64,000 nt of DNA from Antedon mediterranea. Taxonomy: Eukaryota > Animalia > Echinodermata. Each line of letters opens with the position of its first letter. Position 1 is the first letter of the stretch. Under the pieces are notes generated by a model. The model ran no database searches, was not told the DNA's origin, and saw only the letters and a list, made by a program, of their open reading frames with translations. Below, in pieces: positions 39,636-53,600 of this stretch. The translations under genes and the position numbers were made by a program. Where the stretch lies: assembly GCF_964355755.1 (NCBI RefSeq), contig NC_092677.1, forward strand, positions 12,484,101-12,548,100. The letters are read 5' to 3'.

Positions 39636-41139
39636 TCTGTTGTCTTTATTATATATGTTTGGAATTAGACTGGTTGGTAACTATAGGATAACAATGATGA
39701 TGATAATAATGATTAAGATACTAAACGATATGCTACAAAAGTTTGTAATCTCAAATTGTGAAAACAATCTTTGGGATCATTAAACAGAAACCTTGTTCCT
39801 AATCTATGTGAACAAAGTTAAGTATTTTATAAATCAATATCTCTGTAATTCAGCAATCTATCTAATATACTCACATATACTGTGACACTTGATAATGTCC
39901 AATTAAATTATGCAAACTTGATTTTTTTCAACTTCACATTTCATCAGATTACAGTGTCTAAAAAGACACTGTGATAGTTGGTTAGTAAAAAGCAACCCAG
40001 TTTTCTACTCGTTAATTTGTTTGCATTATATATCAGTATATATTAAGAAAAAGGAGTAGAGAATACATACTGTTCTACTTACTATGTAAGATATGGATAC
40101 AGAAAGTTAGACCAGACCACAAGAACGGCACCCAAATACTGCAACCTTTTTTTATAAAATACTATAGATATAGGCCTATAGAAGTAATGACATATAATTT
40201 CACTTAGCTATTAATTGATCATTTTTGCACTTCAACCCTGACCAATGTACTCAATAACCAGAAATGGTGTGTGTACATCAGAGATACAGATAAAACAGGT
40301 GTCCCAACAAAAAGACTTTTTCTTTAAAAAAAAAATGATAACCCACCTAATATATGAACGCCACTTGATGACATGCTCTGTACCAAACATTGATGAATAT
40401 CTGCAGTTGATTTAAGCACAAACATACCTGCTAACATTTGATATCGTAAGGGTATCGCAAAACTCTTCTTGATTAACATCAGAAAATAATTTATGCTAAA
40501 AATTGTATTGTATGTATTGTTGACAGCAGACGGCATATTTTTAAATTTGTGTATGAAAAATGGAAGATTGCCTCTAAAATTGTCATAAATCAGTCGCGTT
40601 AGCAGATATGCTGCGAGCAATTGTTCTCTGGTAGCTGTTTAAGTGGAGCACCAGCAACTTTTGATGAGGGTATAGTCATAAGATCTGGAAATTATATAAT
40701 GCAGAATTAAATTAAAATGATCAACCTTGCTTTTTCATTTTCATCATTTCCATTATCTTGAAGTCCACACATCTCTGGCCCCACTGTTAATATATCAATT
40801 CATTTCTAAAGCCTCAAAACCTATATTTCAAATAATAAATGAACTTATCTTTATTTTATATGTCTTGTTTACTTCTACACTTCACTCAAATTTAGCAGAC
40901 AAGATGCTCACAGGCAAATGATAACAGGCAAGTGGTAACAAAGCAATACACAGGCCAAGAAGTCTGAGGAAAATATCAAAACAAATACTCTCAAATATGA
41001 TATAATAAATATAAAAAATAAAAGCAACATTCAAATTACTATTTGGTTATTAAAAATGGTTTATTAGGTTTAAAATGAAAATTGAGTGAGAATTTAACAA
41101 ATTAGAATCTAGGGTTTATACTGGATTTTTTTAATGATT

Positions 41140-42065
41140 TCTTGCATGTTGGGTAATGGCTGCTCCTGCATGTTGGGTAATGGCTGCTCCTGCATGTTGG
41201 GTAATGGCTGCTCCTGCATGTTGGGTAATGGCTGCTCCTGCATGTTGGGTAATGGCTGCTCCTGCATGTTGGGTAATGGCTGCTCCTGCATGTTGGGTAA
41301 TGGCTGCTCTTGCATGTTGGTTAATGGCTACTCATGCATGTTGGGTAATGGCTGCTCCTGCATGTTGGGTAATGGCTGCTCTTGCATGTTGGGTAATGGC
41401 TACACTTGCATGTTGGGTAATAGCTGCTCTTGCATTTTTGGTAATGGCTGCCCTTGCATGTTGGTTAATGGCTACTCTTGCATGTTGGGTAATGGCTGAT
41501 CTTGCACGTTGGTTAATGGCTACTCTTGCATGTCAATGGCTGATCTTGCATGTTGGTTAATGGCTGCTCTTCCGTGATGGGTAATGGCTGCTCTTACATG
41601 TTGGTTAATGGCTGCTATTGCATGTTAGGTAATGGCTGCTCTTGCAAGTTGGGTAATAGCTACTCTTGCATGTTGGGTAATGGCTGCTCCTCCATGATGG
41701 GTAATGGCTGCTCTTGCATGTTGGTTAATGGCTGCTCTTGCATGTTGGGTAATGGCTAATCTTGCATGGTGGGTAATGGCTACTCTTGCATGGTGGGTAA
41801 TGGCTACTCCTGCATGGTGGGTATTGGCTGCTCCTGCATGTTGGGTAATGGCTGCTCTTGCATGTTGGGTAATGGCTGCTCCTGCATGTTGGGTAATGGC
41901 TGCTCCTCCATGATGGGTAATGGCTGCTCTTGCATGTTGGTTAATGGCTGCTCTTGCATGTTGGGTAATGGCTAATCTTGCATGGTGGGTAATGGCTACT
42001 GTTGCATGGTGGGTAATGGCAACTCTTGCATGTTGGTTAATGGCTACTCTTGCATGTTGGGTAGT
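41140..42065. repeat. 24-bp GC-richer minisatellite (~38 copies)
   Basis: tgcatgttgggtaatggctgctcc repeated; perfect at the left end, diverged to the right. Confidence 0.95.
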
Positions 42066-44117
42066 AGCCTTTCTCTGCATGTTGTCCACTGGATGTACAT
42101 GTTGGTCAGTGGCTTTCCTGCATTTTGCTAGCGGCTGTTCCTCCCTCTTGGCCGTGCCTCCTTTTTTTCAGGTCTGGGAATGACAATTTTCATTGACTCC
42201 AGGATAAAATTGTATTATAAGAATGTGACTTCGCGCCACAATCAAATAAGGGTATGTTCGTATTAGTGGCCCCAGTCCGTCTATGAATTCATGCTAGTCT
42301 GGTACAATATACATCAGACGCACATTATATGAATTATATTATCTTAGAAATGAAGTTCATAGGAGAAACAGTCAGATGCAATAATCGCTTTACAGCATAA
42401 TTACAAAAGTGACTTGTGTATATAAATATTTCCAATTCATTAACGACAACTGTTAAGATGTCATGTTTATAATCCTCTTACAGATTGCTGAATGAGCTTC
42501 TAGAATTAAATTGCAGAGATAGAAACTTGATTAATTTATTTTAGGTTATTCCATGCCACTAAATTATCTTATGACATTCCTAGATAATTTGAAGGTAAAA
42601 TTTTATATTGTGAATTTGACATTCCGAGACATTTTTTAAGATGGAGTTGTTTTATGGTTTGAATACAGCAGTGGAATAATATTGACATCTAATTTAATCA
42701 TATCAGCTAAATGTAACAATAAATTTAACAGATATACATTTATATATACATTTCTATCATAAGAACTGGGTCCATGTATTTGGGGTTTATTTTAAGTTAG
42801 AACAATTTCTAATGTAAATAAAATGTGTTCAAAATGTGAATTAATGCATTTTCAGTATATATACAAACGCTTCTAAAAAATGGAAATGTCTCTAGTAATA
42901 GTATGCCTACAAACCTAAAATATCACTATTAAACGCTTGTCACACAATTCTCTGTACTGTATACAGTACCTTTACTGACAGACTAATCTTTGAATCTTTG
43001 AAGCTAAATAAAAAAAGGGACTAGAAATTACCCCTTTTCTTCCTGATCAAACATAATACCAGGACAGAGCCAATCCTGTACTGGTTCATCACAGGGTCTA
43101 GAGGGGAAGATTATCTTTCCTTGACAATTTGGAGCACTTGAATGCGTTTTAATAAAAAGTGCAAATGTCAGCCTATCCTAATTCAAGCAATTCAATCAAA
43201 GCTGTAGAGCTAGCAGCAAAAGATGAAGTGCAAAGCACACTGGGAAAACAATAACTTTTTTATGGATTGCATCATAATTCACATAAATAGATAGTACTTA
43301 ACAACAAAACAGAACATAGTATTTTAGATCATAAAAACTAATTCTTAAAATTGTTTTTCTTTCAAGAATATAAACATAAAATACTACTTATAAATATAAT
43401 CTCATTTGTGCAACAATTTGTACGATAATGTTCTTTATGGTGAAAATTGGCTGATGTTTTAAGATTCTTGAATTTATCATTCTAACGACCTGGTTCCGAA
43501 TGCCTTTATACGAGATAATATTCTCAAAAAGGCTTTTTACTTCCAATTTTCAATTAGAATGATTTAACTGAACGATGTAATATAATATAATACAGGATAA
43601 AGTCAAAATTGATTTTACTATCTACCTAATATATCTTGTTATATTGAGCATTAATCTTGGAACAGTGAGTTTTCATTTTCGGTCGGTAATAGCTATCTCA
43701 TCGTTATCTTGATTGTAACCAAATATGGGTATCGTCACAATTAATTGTATGAAATATAGCATTTTTGATGCTTTCTTAAGTGATGAGCCGCCTTTTAAGG
43801 AATATGCTCAAGCATTAGGTTCAATTATAAATATGATAGATAAAGACAGGGAGTAAGGATTGATTGATGTGTGTTATGGCAGTTTATTCTTAAAATCTGA
43901 TATTATTGACGAAGGAAAGACGAAAAAAACATCACAATTACGCATTCTTTAGGATTACATATGGCAGACATTTTCTTGTAAATGGAATATCTCCATAACA
44001 ATTATCGCTTGATATATTTCTTCCTTTTAATAACTCAATATCATAAAACCATCTTGAGTTGGCATTTTTCATCAAGATCAGTGTGGAAAATCTAAAATGG
44101 TGGTAGTGAACTTATCA

Positions 44118-44234
44118 AAAGCCTTGTCTACACTATCAAACTTTATGTGACAAAAATGTCCATTTATATATACAGTAGTCATATCACTACCATATTTTGG
44201 CAAATCACTAGTTTGATAGTGTAGACAGAGCTTT
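44118..44234. mobile_element. MITE, most complete copy of the TGTCTACACTATCAAACT family
   Basis: aaagccttgtctacactatcaaact ... agtttgatagtgtagacagagcttt inverted termini. Confidence 0.8.
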
Positions 44235-45056
44235 AGAAATCTACCAAACAGGTACTCTCTGTAAGTACAAGTCCATCTGCTTGCATTTCTGTAAATTCGT
44301 TATCACCTTTTCTTATCTTATTCCATCAATTACTTGGCATGCACTAGATTCAGTCCTGTCTATCCTCCTCAGATGTTATATTACTGTTTCTTGGTATAAT
44401 CTTTTTCCTTTTGCATTCCACCTTTTCTTCTATGGAGTAAGAGCGGAAGGAAACTATGTACTGATAATATAATAAAAAGTAGGTAATTTCGGTTTTTATT
44501 ACTACATGACAATTGGAGAATGTGAGTTTGGTTACTGAAGGTCAACATGGTTTAACAGAAACTTTATTGCAGTTATTTTATCTTAATTGCCGATTTCCAC
44601 CAAGTAAGTAATACATTAACTGAGTAGTGAAAATATTTTGCACTAAATGTGTAATTATCTATTAATATACCAAGACAAATTATGTTTCAATGCCTTCATT
44701 AGTTCTTCATTAGTAAGAATAATAGCTGTCTAATGATAGGAACCAGGACAGCGATTGCACCCTTTATTAATGCTTTCAATTCAATGGCTAATAACAATAA
44801 TGTTTCCGACTACAAATTAGGGATTGATTGATAATGATCTTTATCTGGAATTTAACTATTCATAACTTGCATTTATTTTGATTATATATGGGGTAATAAT
44901 GGCTTATTGAGGACCTTTAAGGGGAGTGATATCTGATGATAGTGATGGTGGTGGTGGTATAACCATCTAACCTACTAAAATGGACAATTCTAAAAAATGT
45001 GAATGCCCAAGACGTTTTTAATTTGCATACAGTAATGTAATGGAGTAATATCCGAT

Positions 45057-45312
45057 GGGCTCGTGATGTAGTGTGTTGGACGTTGGATTACTGATCATGA
45101 TCGTGGTTCAAATCAAACTCCCGCTGTATTGCTTGTATCCTTTAGGCAAGACACTTTGCTTCTCTGCACCCAGGTGTATAAAATGGGTACCGGTTAGATC
45201 AAGACACAACTTTGCACTGATTACTAGCTGCATTATAATGGGAGTGTTTCCATTCGTGTTTGATACAAAATGACCGGGGTAGTAATGTGCAGCGCATTGA
45301 GAGCTTTTAACT
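45057..45312 (+). mobile_element. Degenerate tRNA-derived SINE with CORE/Meta-like domain
   Basis: A-box-like tgatgtagtg, B-box-like ggttcaaatc, core cctttaggcaagacact...cacccaggtgtataaaatgggtacc, L2-like tail atgtgcagcgcattgag. Confidence 0.6.
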
Positions 45313-45354
45313 ATAACAATATTATCTACAGTATATTATTCTTCTAAATACACC

Positions 45355-45415
45355 AAAAAAAAAAAACAACAGACGAAAAAGTAGTTTCTTGTCATTGAAT
45401 GTATGACATTTTAAT
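45355..45415 (-). terminator. Candidate polyadenylation site of the ZFHX gene
   Basis: Minus strand has ATTAAA (45410-45415) followed by a GU/U-rich element tttttcgtctgttgttttt; other AATAAA sites lie closer to the stop codon. Confidence 0.35.
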
Positions 45416-47642
45416 AACATGACCATTTTATATAACGGAATCTGGCATGTCTACAGCTACGTAAGTTTAAACAAGGGCTGTATCGCAACAACGCTACACG
45501 CATTACGTCTACAAAGAGACGAACCAAATCAACACAAAAACACACATACAAACATGACATTTAAATCAAATAAGTAAGAATGCACCCGATTCTATAGCGC
45601 CCTCACAAGCACTCGTGTAAAATTCGTACACTGATTTGGTCAGAAGGTAGGAACTATTACGTTATGTATAAAACTGAATATATAAGAATTATTTCAAAAT
45701 AACAACTGAAAAAATAATGATTTATAAAATGAATGTCTGCATACAAATGTCTAATAGGAAAAAAAAATTGTTAGGATATCATCATTTACAAGATTAACCG
45801 TAAATGTAGTAACATGTTAATATACAAGGGATCAGGATTACGGATATCAACAAAAGGTTTACCAATTTTATATTGGTAAAGAACCCGTTCTGGGTATATT
45901 ACAAACAGTTATGTAATGATACTGTAATGGAACTTAGCATAGTATATACACCATTCATTTTAAAAATCTACCTATTATCATATAGTATTAATCACACAGT
46001 AATTATTATTATTTTTTTTAACCCAAAATAGGATCAGGCTTTTTTCTTTGTATATATAAAAAAAGTAAAGTATCATTTTCGCTATAGTTTGCAACAGTAT
46101 AAGGGATAAAACGCTACCATTTGTTTTGCTTTCAGCAGAAATCATTACATACATACACAACCATCTTTTTTTTCTATCACTAAATTTTTGTATAATAATC
46201 CCCTAAGCAAATAAAACATTTCACATACAAAATAATATGCAGCACAAAGCTAAAAATGATACAGTGAATTACATAAGCTAAAACATATCATAAAATGGTC
46301 GCAGCATTAATATATTATGATTCCATTTTCGCATTTGACCAATCACAGACTAGTACTTATTATTGGTCATGAATATGTATTATATCTAAAACAGATTGAC
46401 CAATCGTGACCTTTCGTATGGTCATTTGAATATTCAAGGTAGCATTGGAGCATAACATGCAAAGTACTAAGTTTTTTAAAATACACAGCTGGGTAAAAAT
46501 AACAAAAATTAATATTCTTAATAATAATTGATTATATATAATGATTTACACAAGGAATTGTACCTTAATTCTAGGAAAATAAATGTTCCTATCATATCAA
46601 ACAGCAATAAAAAAAGTTAAAGCAATAAATCTATAAAATTTTGACTACACTTTAATACAAAATAAAAATTTTATAGATCAGTAATATATAGAATCTATGT
46701 CACTATGAAACATAAAGATATAAAAAAAAAATATGTAAGTCAATTAAAAGCGTATTTAAGTTGCATGCATAAAAAAATATTACATTTCAGCCTAACATGG
46801 GAGTGTACAATGTTTAAATAAAGAAGACAAACATAATACATATACCCTCTTAAGGTCTTGGAATAGAGAATATATAGTTTATAAAAAATAGTTGCATCAC
46901 ATACAACTACAACGTGCCAAGATTAAAATTTTAATTCCACCTTTACATCATTGTAAATAATAATTCTTAGTCGCATACATTGAAATTGATTTGTGACTAA
47001 AAACTCGCAAATAAATCGTATAAAACCATGATCAACGTGTCACAGGATTCGTATTTCAATTAAATTGGTTTCGCATTGAAATTGACTAATCAACGGAAAA
47101 TTTAAAACCTTAATTCTCTGCGATTTATATTAAAATATAGTCATGCTAATATCAGTAATATAATGTCTTAATTTACTTAAATCTAAGAAACTCATTTGCA
47201 TTCATGTATAACAGAACCTTTTTTCTGACGCCGCAATATATAATAAGCTCATAATATAAAGACTATGTTTCATCAAAATTGGTTGATATTTTCAATATTG
47301 TATAATAAAAGATTTTATTTCTAGCTAGTAAGACTACTTGGTTAGGAGCACCTATTGATAAAACCCTTTGATAAAATATAATATAATTAGATTGAATTAT
47401 TAAAAACTCATTATTCAAGATTTCTATCCGGTGTGTGTAATAATTACATTATCTCAATTCCTTATATAGAATAGATAGTTTGCATATGCTAATAAAAGTC
47501 AACAAAAACATACACATGACATTTGACCTTCCGCCTCCAATTGCAATTAGTCCCATAATCTATCTTCAAAATTGTTAATTATTTGTATCCATGAAAAGTA
47601 TGTTTGCCAAACAGGTTGATCATCAATTTTGGTCATTATATT

Positions 47643-50600
47643 TTATTCACTTTTCACTTTCACTGTTGTTGCAATCTTGGTCTTCACATAATGTTCAACA
47701 TGTTTTTTATGTACACTACTTTCCAAATGTTTCAACGCGTCATCTTCAGTGATGAGTGCTTCCCTGGGACATGCCTGACACAGAAACCTATTGGACGGCA
47801 GTTTCTCAACGGTCTGTTCAACATTCACCACTTGCCCCATGTAACATGCTGTAACTTGGTGTGATGTAACTGAATCCCTATCAGTGAACACTCGCTCACA
47901 TTTCTTGCAGAGGTATCGGTTGGTAGAAGATTTTGGTCGTAGAATCAATCCTTCTTTATCTTTTGAAAATTTCTCAGATTTTGTTGATGGCAAAGTTGCA
48001 GATGATGTAGATGCAGATGATGATGGTTTAGAAGCAGTTTTTTCTGGTTTTGGAGAGGATGACTGACCGCCCTGAGCTGCAGCCAGGCCTCCATATGACT
48101 GAAGAAGTTGCGGTGGGATTGCTCCTTGCATTGTTGATGGGTCGTACGGATAGAATGCCTCATTGCCACCCATGGCATACATGGCTGGGTACATGAACGG
48201 CATTTGTGCATAGTATGGTGCAAATGATCCATAGAGGTACTGTACAAGAGCTGCATCATTTCTAGCAACTGCCATGTTCATCTGAGCTGCAACAGCAGCT
48301 GCTTCACCAGCAGTGGAAGGTTTTGGGCTTCGGCTTTCATCTTTCTCGTCTGCTCCACTCTCTTTCTTAATCTTACTGACTGCTTCATTCTGTGCAGCGA
48401 GCAGCATTTGTTGTTGTATTTGAGGCGACATCATCTGAGCAGACATCGCTTGTTGCATTGCTTGCATTTGTGCCGCTGCCATTGGTGACATCATGCTTTG
48501 ATGCATTAATGCAGCTTGGTGGTTTGCCAACATACTTTGCGATGCATGATCAGTTAGTGAACCTTCTCCAGCGTATGCTTCCGTTTCTGGTGCCTCCTTG
48601 CTAATTTTTCTGCGAATGTTACGAATGTGTAACTCAGTAAATATGTGATCTCTGACAGACACATTCAATGAGTATTTTACATTACATAATTTACAACTTC
48701 CTTCATTTTCTCCAGAGCCCATTAAACCAATTTGTTTGGTGAAATTAGTTTTTATCTTTTTCTCTTTCGCCCTGGCATTTTGGAACCAGACCTGAACAAC
48801 ACGCTTTGGTAAACCAATCTCGCGTCCCAACAATTCACATTCATGCATGGTAGGTGTTCGGTAGTCACCATAGCAGTATTTTAAAACCTTTAACTGGGAA
48901 GGACTTATCTGTGTTCGGTAACGCTTAGAAAAATCTTTTGATTTCTGACTGTCAGTTTCATCAGCAAAACTAATGGAATCCTCACTTCTTTCAACAGATC
49001 CAGCCTCTGAAGGGGTTGTTTCAATAATCTCATCTCCGAGCATGCTTCCACCAGGTGACATGAGATCTGAATCCTTAGTGGCAACTGTAGCCAAATCATC
49101 ATCATCCATTGTATATTCTATGTCTTCATCTCCTTCAAAGGAACCATTAGTTTTCAGAACTAAACCTTCGTACTTGCTACTGAGAGAAACTGATTCACCT
49201 TTGTCTTTGATATCATATTTGCTGCCATCATCAGATACATCATCATACCGACTTGTAGATTTGTGCATGGACAAATTCATGGCCTGTTCACCATCGTTCA
49301 TACCACTAGGGCTAATTTGAGATGGTGACTGTGCCAATATACTGTCAATGGCACCTGGTGTTAGCTGTTGGTCACTGTGGTGTATCTTAATATGGCCTTC
49401 AAGAGCACTTTTTAATTTAAACAGTGCCTTGCAGAATGGACACCTCCTGTGAATGTTGTTTGGTGCACTCATACGAAATTGTCCTTTGCGTTCTCTAGCT
49501 CTTGTGTTCTGGAACCAAACCTGAACAACTCTCTTCTTCAATCCAACTTCTTTTGATATCATATCTAGCATACGTCTTGTTGGGTTACTATCCTCTTGAA
49601 ATTTGGAGTACAAAATATCAAGCTGGGCAGCAGAGATTGTTGTCCTAAGGCGCTTGTCTCGTGGTTGATCTGCAGAGCTACTGTTCAACTCAGTTGATGG
49701 TTCAGATGATGTAGAACCTGAAGCTTCATCACTGGCTTCAGAGTGTTTTCGTTTAGAAGGGGATTTTGCAGCCAGCTCTTTTCCAGTGACGTAGTTGAAG
49801 TATTGCTCAGGTGTCATACCTTGCTCATAGGGCATGTACATCATGTTGTAAGGCAATTGTGATTGCATGTATCCACCAAATAAATTCATACCCATCATAT
49901 GGACCTGTTGATGTTCTTGCCATTGTTCAAAGTGTGGGAATACCATGCTGCATTTTTCACACTGGTAGTGAACTACTGGACCTGATGAGGAACTTCTGCT
50001 GCTCTTATCTTCTGTTTTTATACCATCTCTTGCATCTCTACTGCTGTCTCTTGCATCTCGACTACCATCCCTTGCATCTAGACTACTATCTCTTGTATCC
50101 CGACTACTGTCCCTTCCATCCCGGCTACCATCCCTTGCATCCCTACTACTATCTCTCGTATCTCGATTACATTCTTTTGCATCCCGGCTACTGTCTCTAG
50201 GTTCCCTGCCTTCTCTGCTCTCTCTTAACTCAGAATTAAGTTTTGGCAGTTTCTCTTTAGGTGTTAGTATATCTGAGGCAACACTGGATGATGAAGCATG
50301 TCTCTTATTTGAAGTTTTATGAGTAGAGAGATCCTGACCAGAAGGACTATTCTCTGAAGCTGACTCCATACCACTGTCTTCCTTAAAGCACTGGGATTTT
50401 TGATGACGAATCAGTTCATAGAATCTCTGGAATACCAAGAAGCATTTATTACATTGGTAATTTAAGCCAGGAGTTCTCTTGTATCTCACTCCATCTCCAT
50501 CCCCTTCACCTTCTGGTGCTGGCTGATTCTCAAACACCTTTCTAGCCTTTTGTCTCGCATTTTGAAACCAGACAACGATTACTCTTGGACTGAGATTCAG

Positions 50601-53600
50601 CATTCTTGACAAGTGTTCCAAATCATCATCCTTAGGATAGGCATTTGATTCAAAGAAATCTTGCAAGATTTTAACTTGATAATCAGTGAATCTCGTACGA
50701 CCTGCTCTTCTAGAACCAGAACTGGCACTTGGGCTTTGAGGTGTAGATGTAGAAGCTGCACATGGTGAAGTAAGAGGTGATGTAAAGGTTGGTGATGTGA
50801 GTATAGGTGACATTAACGTTGGAGAGGTAGCTGGGCTCATACTTTCTGAGGTAGTTGAATGAATAGTTGACCTTGATGATGGAGTATGAGGTGGTGGAGC
50901 AAATGACATTGATTCTGAAGTTGGCCTTTTCATTGATATTGGCATATAAGATGACGAGGGTAACAAATTCAACTCTGTTGTTAGTGCTAACGGTTTCATT
51001 TCTTGCTTCAGTATCGGAGATTCAGGTGGATCTAGTAGAGAGGTGGTTGGTGGGTTGTTGAAATTATATGGAGAATCTTTATTACGTTGCCTCTCTTTGA
51101 AAAGTGTATTTCGGAACCAATGTTTGATTACTTTATGAGGGAGGCATGATTTTTGTGACATCTCCTGAATCTGGTCTTCACTTGGGGAGTTGTTAATGTC
51201 AAAGTAAGCACGCAATATTTTGAGTTGGTCATCGCTGATGCGTGTACGAGCTCTCTTAGGAGATTTCTGCATGTAGTTTGGATCAAGGTACTGTAAGGGT
51301 TGCATATGAGGCATGGATGGTACAGGGTAAACAGCCTGTACACCAGGAAGCATGGCTTGCATTGGAGGTACCATGCCAAAAGGGAATGAATTAGCCATAA
51401 ACATTTGTTGTGATGCCAATGCTTGGGCTGAGAGTGCCTGGGCAGTCATTTGAGCTTGTAGATGCTGTGACTGTTCCTGTTGGGATTGTGAAGCTTGCTT
51501 TTGTAAGGCCTGGTCTTTTAAATTCAGCTGCTGGGGAGTAATTCCCGGTAATGGTTGACCAGTGCCATTTGGTTTATCTGTGTCCTTTTCTATTTTCACT
51601 GTTATCTGTTCTGCTTTTGGTTTGGACTCATTTTCAGCTGCAAGTGCCAAAGCATACTCTTCTTGTCTGTAGTCATTTGAATACATCTCCACGTCATCAC
51701 TAGGTAATAGACTTTTATGTACTTCTTCTACATGGGCTTTGTATACCCATATGCTAGAGAATTCTTTCTTGCAATCTAGACAAGAAAATTTATCTTTCTC
51801 AGCAATGCTTGATGGTAGGCCCTGTGCACATTCATTAAATTGTTGAACCAAGTCATATCCATAACCTTCAAGTAGTCGTCTCTGAATGGCTGAACGCCTA
51901 CGACGAAGCATCAATGTTGGATCCATCATTTTCTGGCTGAGTTGAGAAGGAGATAATGGTTCTGGTTCCTCTTCTTCCTCAGCAGTTGCATAACAACTTG
52001 TTTCTTGATGTTTCTGCAAAGCCTCTTGACTGACAAATACTGACGTGCATTTGTCACAGCCATACAGATTCTGCTGTGGCAAGAGAGGATTATGAAGCAT
52101 CATAGCAGCTGCCATGTTGGCCATTGCCTGAGCTTGTGCATCTGCAAAATGTGCCATGCTGGCACCTCTGAGGTCATCCTTCGTTGATTGATGATGAAGT
52201 TGGTGCAGTGTATGTTGCATATCTTGATGATACATGAGATCTGCCTTTTCTTCAGCCTCTCTAACTTTTTCTTGTTCAGCCTCAAGTCTTTTTTGCATCT
52301 TTTCCATTGCCTTCTCTGCATTTGATTGTTGATTTGGAGGTTTTGATTGAAGTTCCAAGTTTTGAGCCTGAATAGTTTGTTCATTGTTATTAATTGATGC
52401 TCGGTTTTCAGCCTTTGTCGTGTTTCTTTTATGAAGAACTGATCGCATATGGATATCCAATGTTGTGGATTGACTGTAAGCAACTTTGCAAACTTCACAT
52501 TTGTATGGCTTGTCTTGTTGTAGTTCTGGCATTTGTTCCATGTCTACTACATCAGTGCACAATGTCTTGTTTAATTTGTGTAAATGGGAAACTGAATTCA
52601 AATGAACCAGCAAAATGCTCTTTTGAGTGAACGATTCCCTACACACATCACACTTGAATGGACGATTTGGATTATTGAATTTATCAACAACAGGCAGTGT
52701 GTAAGGAATTCTATCACCTCTTCTATGAAGCAACGTTTTGTTGTGAGAAGACAATTCACTCTGCAATCTGAAGCCATAGTGACACCGATGACATTTGAAC
52801 TTTTTGACAGGGTCAGTATAACTTTCATCAGTTGGTTTTTCAGCTGCTTCATTCCAACTTGCAAAAATACTGTCAATAGAAGAAGAACCTTCCATCTTGG
52901 GGCTTTCCGGAGCATTTTCGTCTACCTCAGGTTCTGGTGCTTCTTCCAATGAGTTAGAAAATTTCTCAGTGTCAGATATAGCATTGACAAACTTAAGAAG
53001 ATCTCCTTTGCTTAGTTCAAGATGGTCGTTCTCCAGATGTCTACGAAGAGCACCAAGAGTGTGAAAGTTCTGTTGACAGATGCTGCAGATAGTTGCTTCT
53101 TTGAGCAAATGCTGTTGAGCATGAAGTTCTAACCTCTCCTCTGTTGGAAATGACTGGTTACATTGACTGCAGTAGAATTTATAATTTTGCTGCAGTTGGT
53201 GTTTCTTTGCATGAATCTCTTTAAAGTGCATTTGTAGAACAGATGCAGACTTGAAATACTGATTACATCCTTTCTTCCAACAAAGAAAGCCAGGGCCTCC
53301 AGGAGTTTCTTGCTCAGTCAATGGACACGTATCATTTTGATGATCATAAAGAAGATCAATATTAGCAAATTTAAGGTGGCATTTTTGACATCTGTAGGTA
53401 TCACCTGAATCCTCATAACATGGAGAATCTCTAGAATTTGATGGTGGTCTTTCTATAGATTCAGTGGCTGCCGTTTCAGGTAAAGTTTGTGGTTGAGATA
53501 CAGGTGTTGCTGAACCACTTTGTGAGCCAAAGTCAAGAGCAGAAATCAGTCTCTGAATACATTCTCGTGATACACTGTGAGACTCCATTAGATGGACCTC

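Noticed and set aside
41109-42183. Cys/Met-rich repeat proteins
   Set aside because: Minisatellite translations interrupted by stops and frameshifts; no supported gene structure
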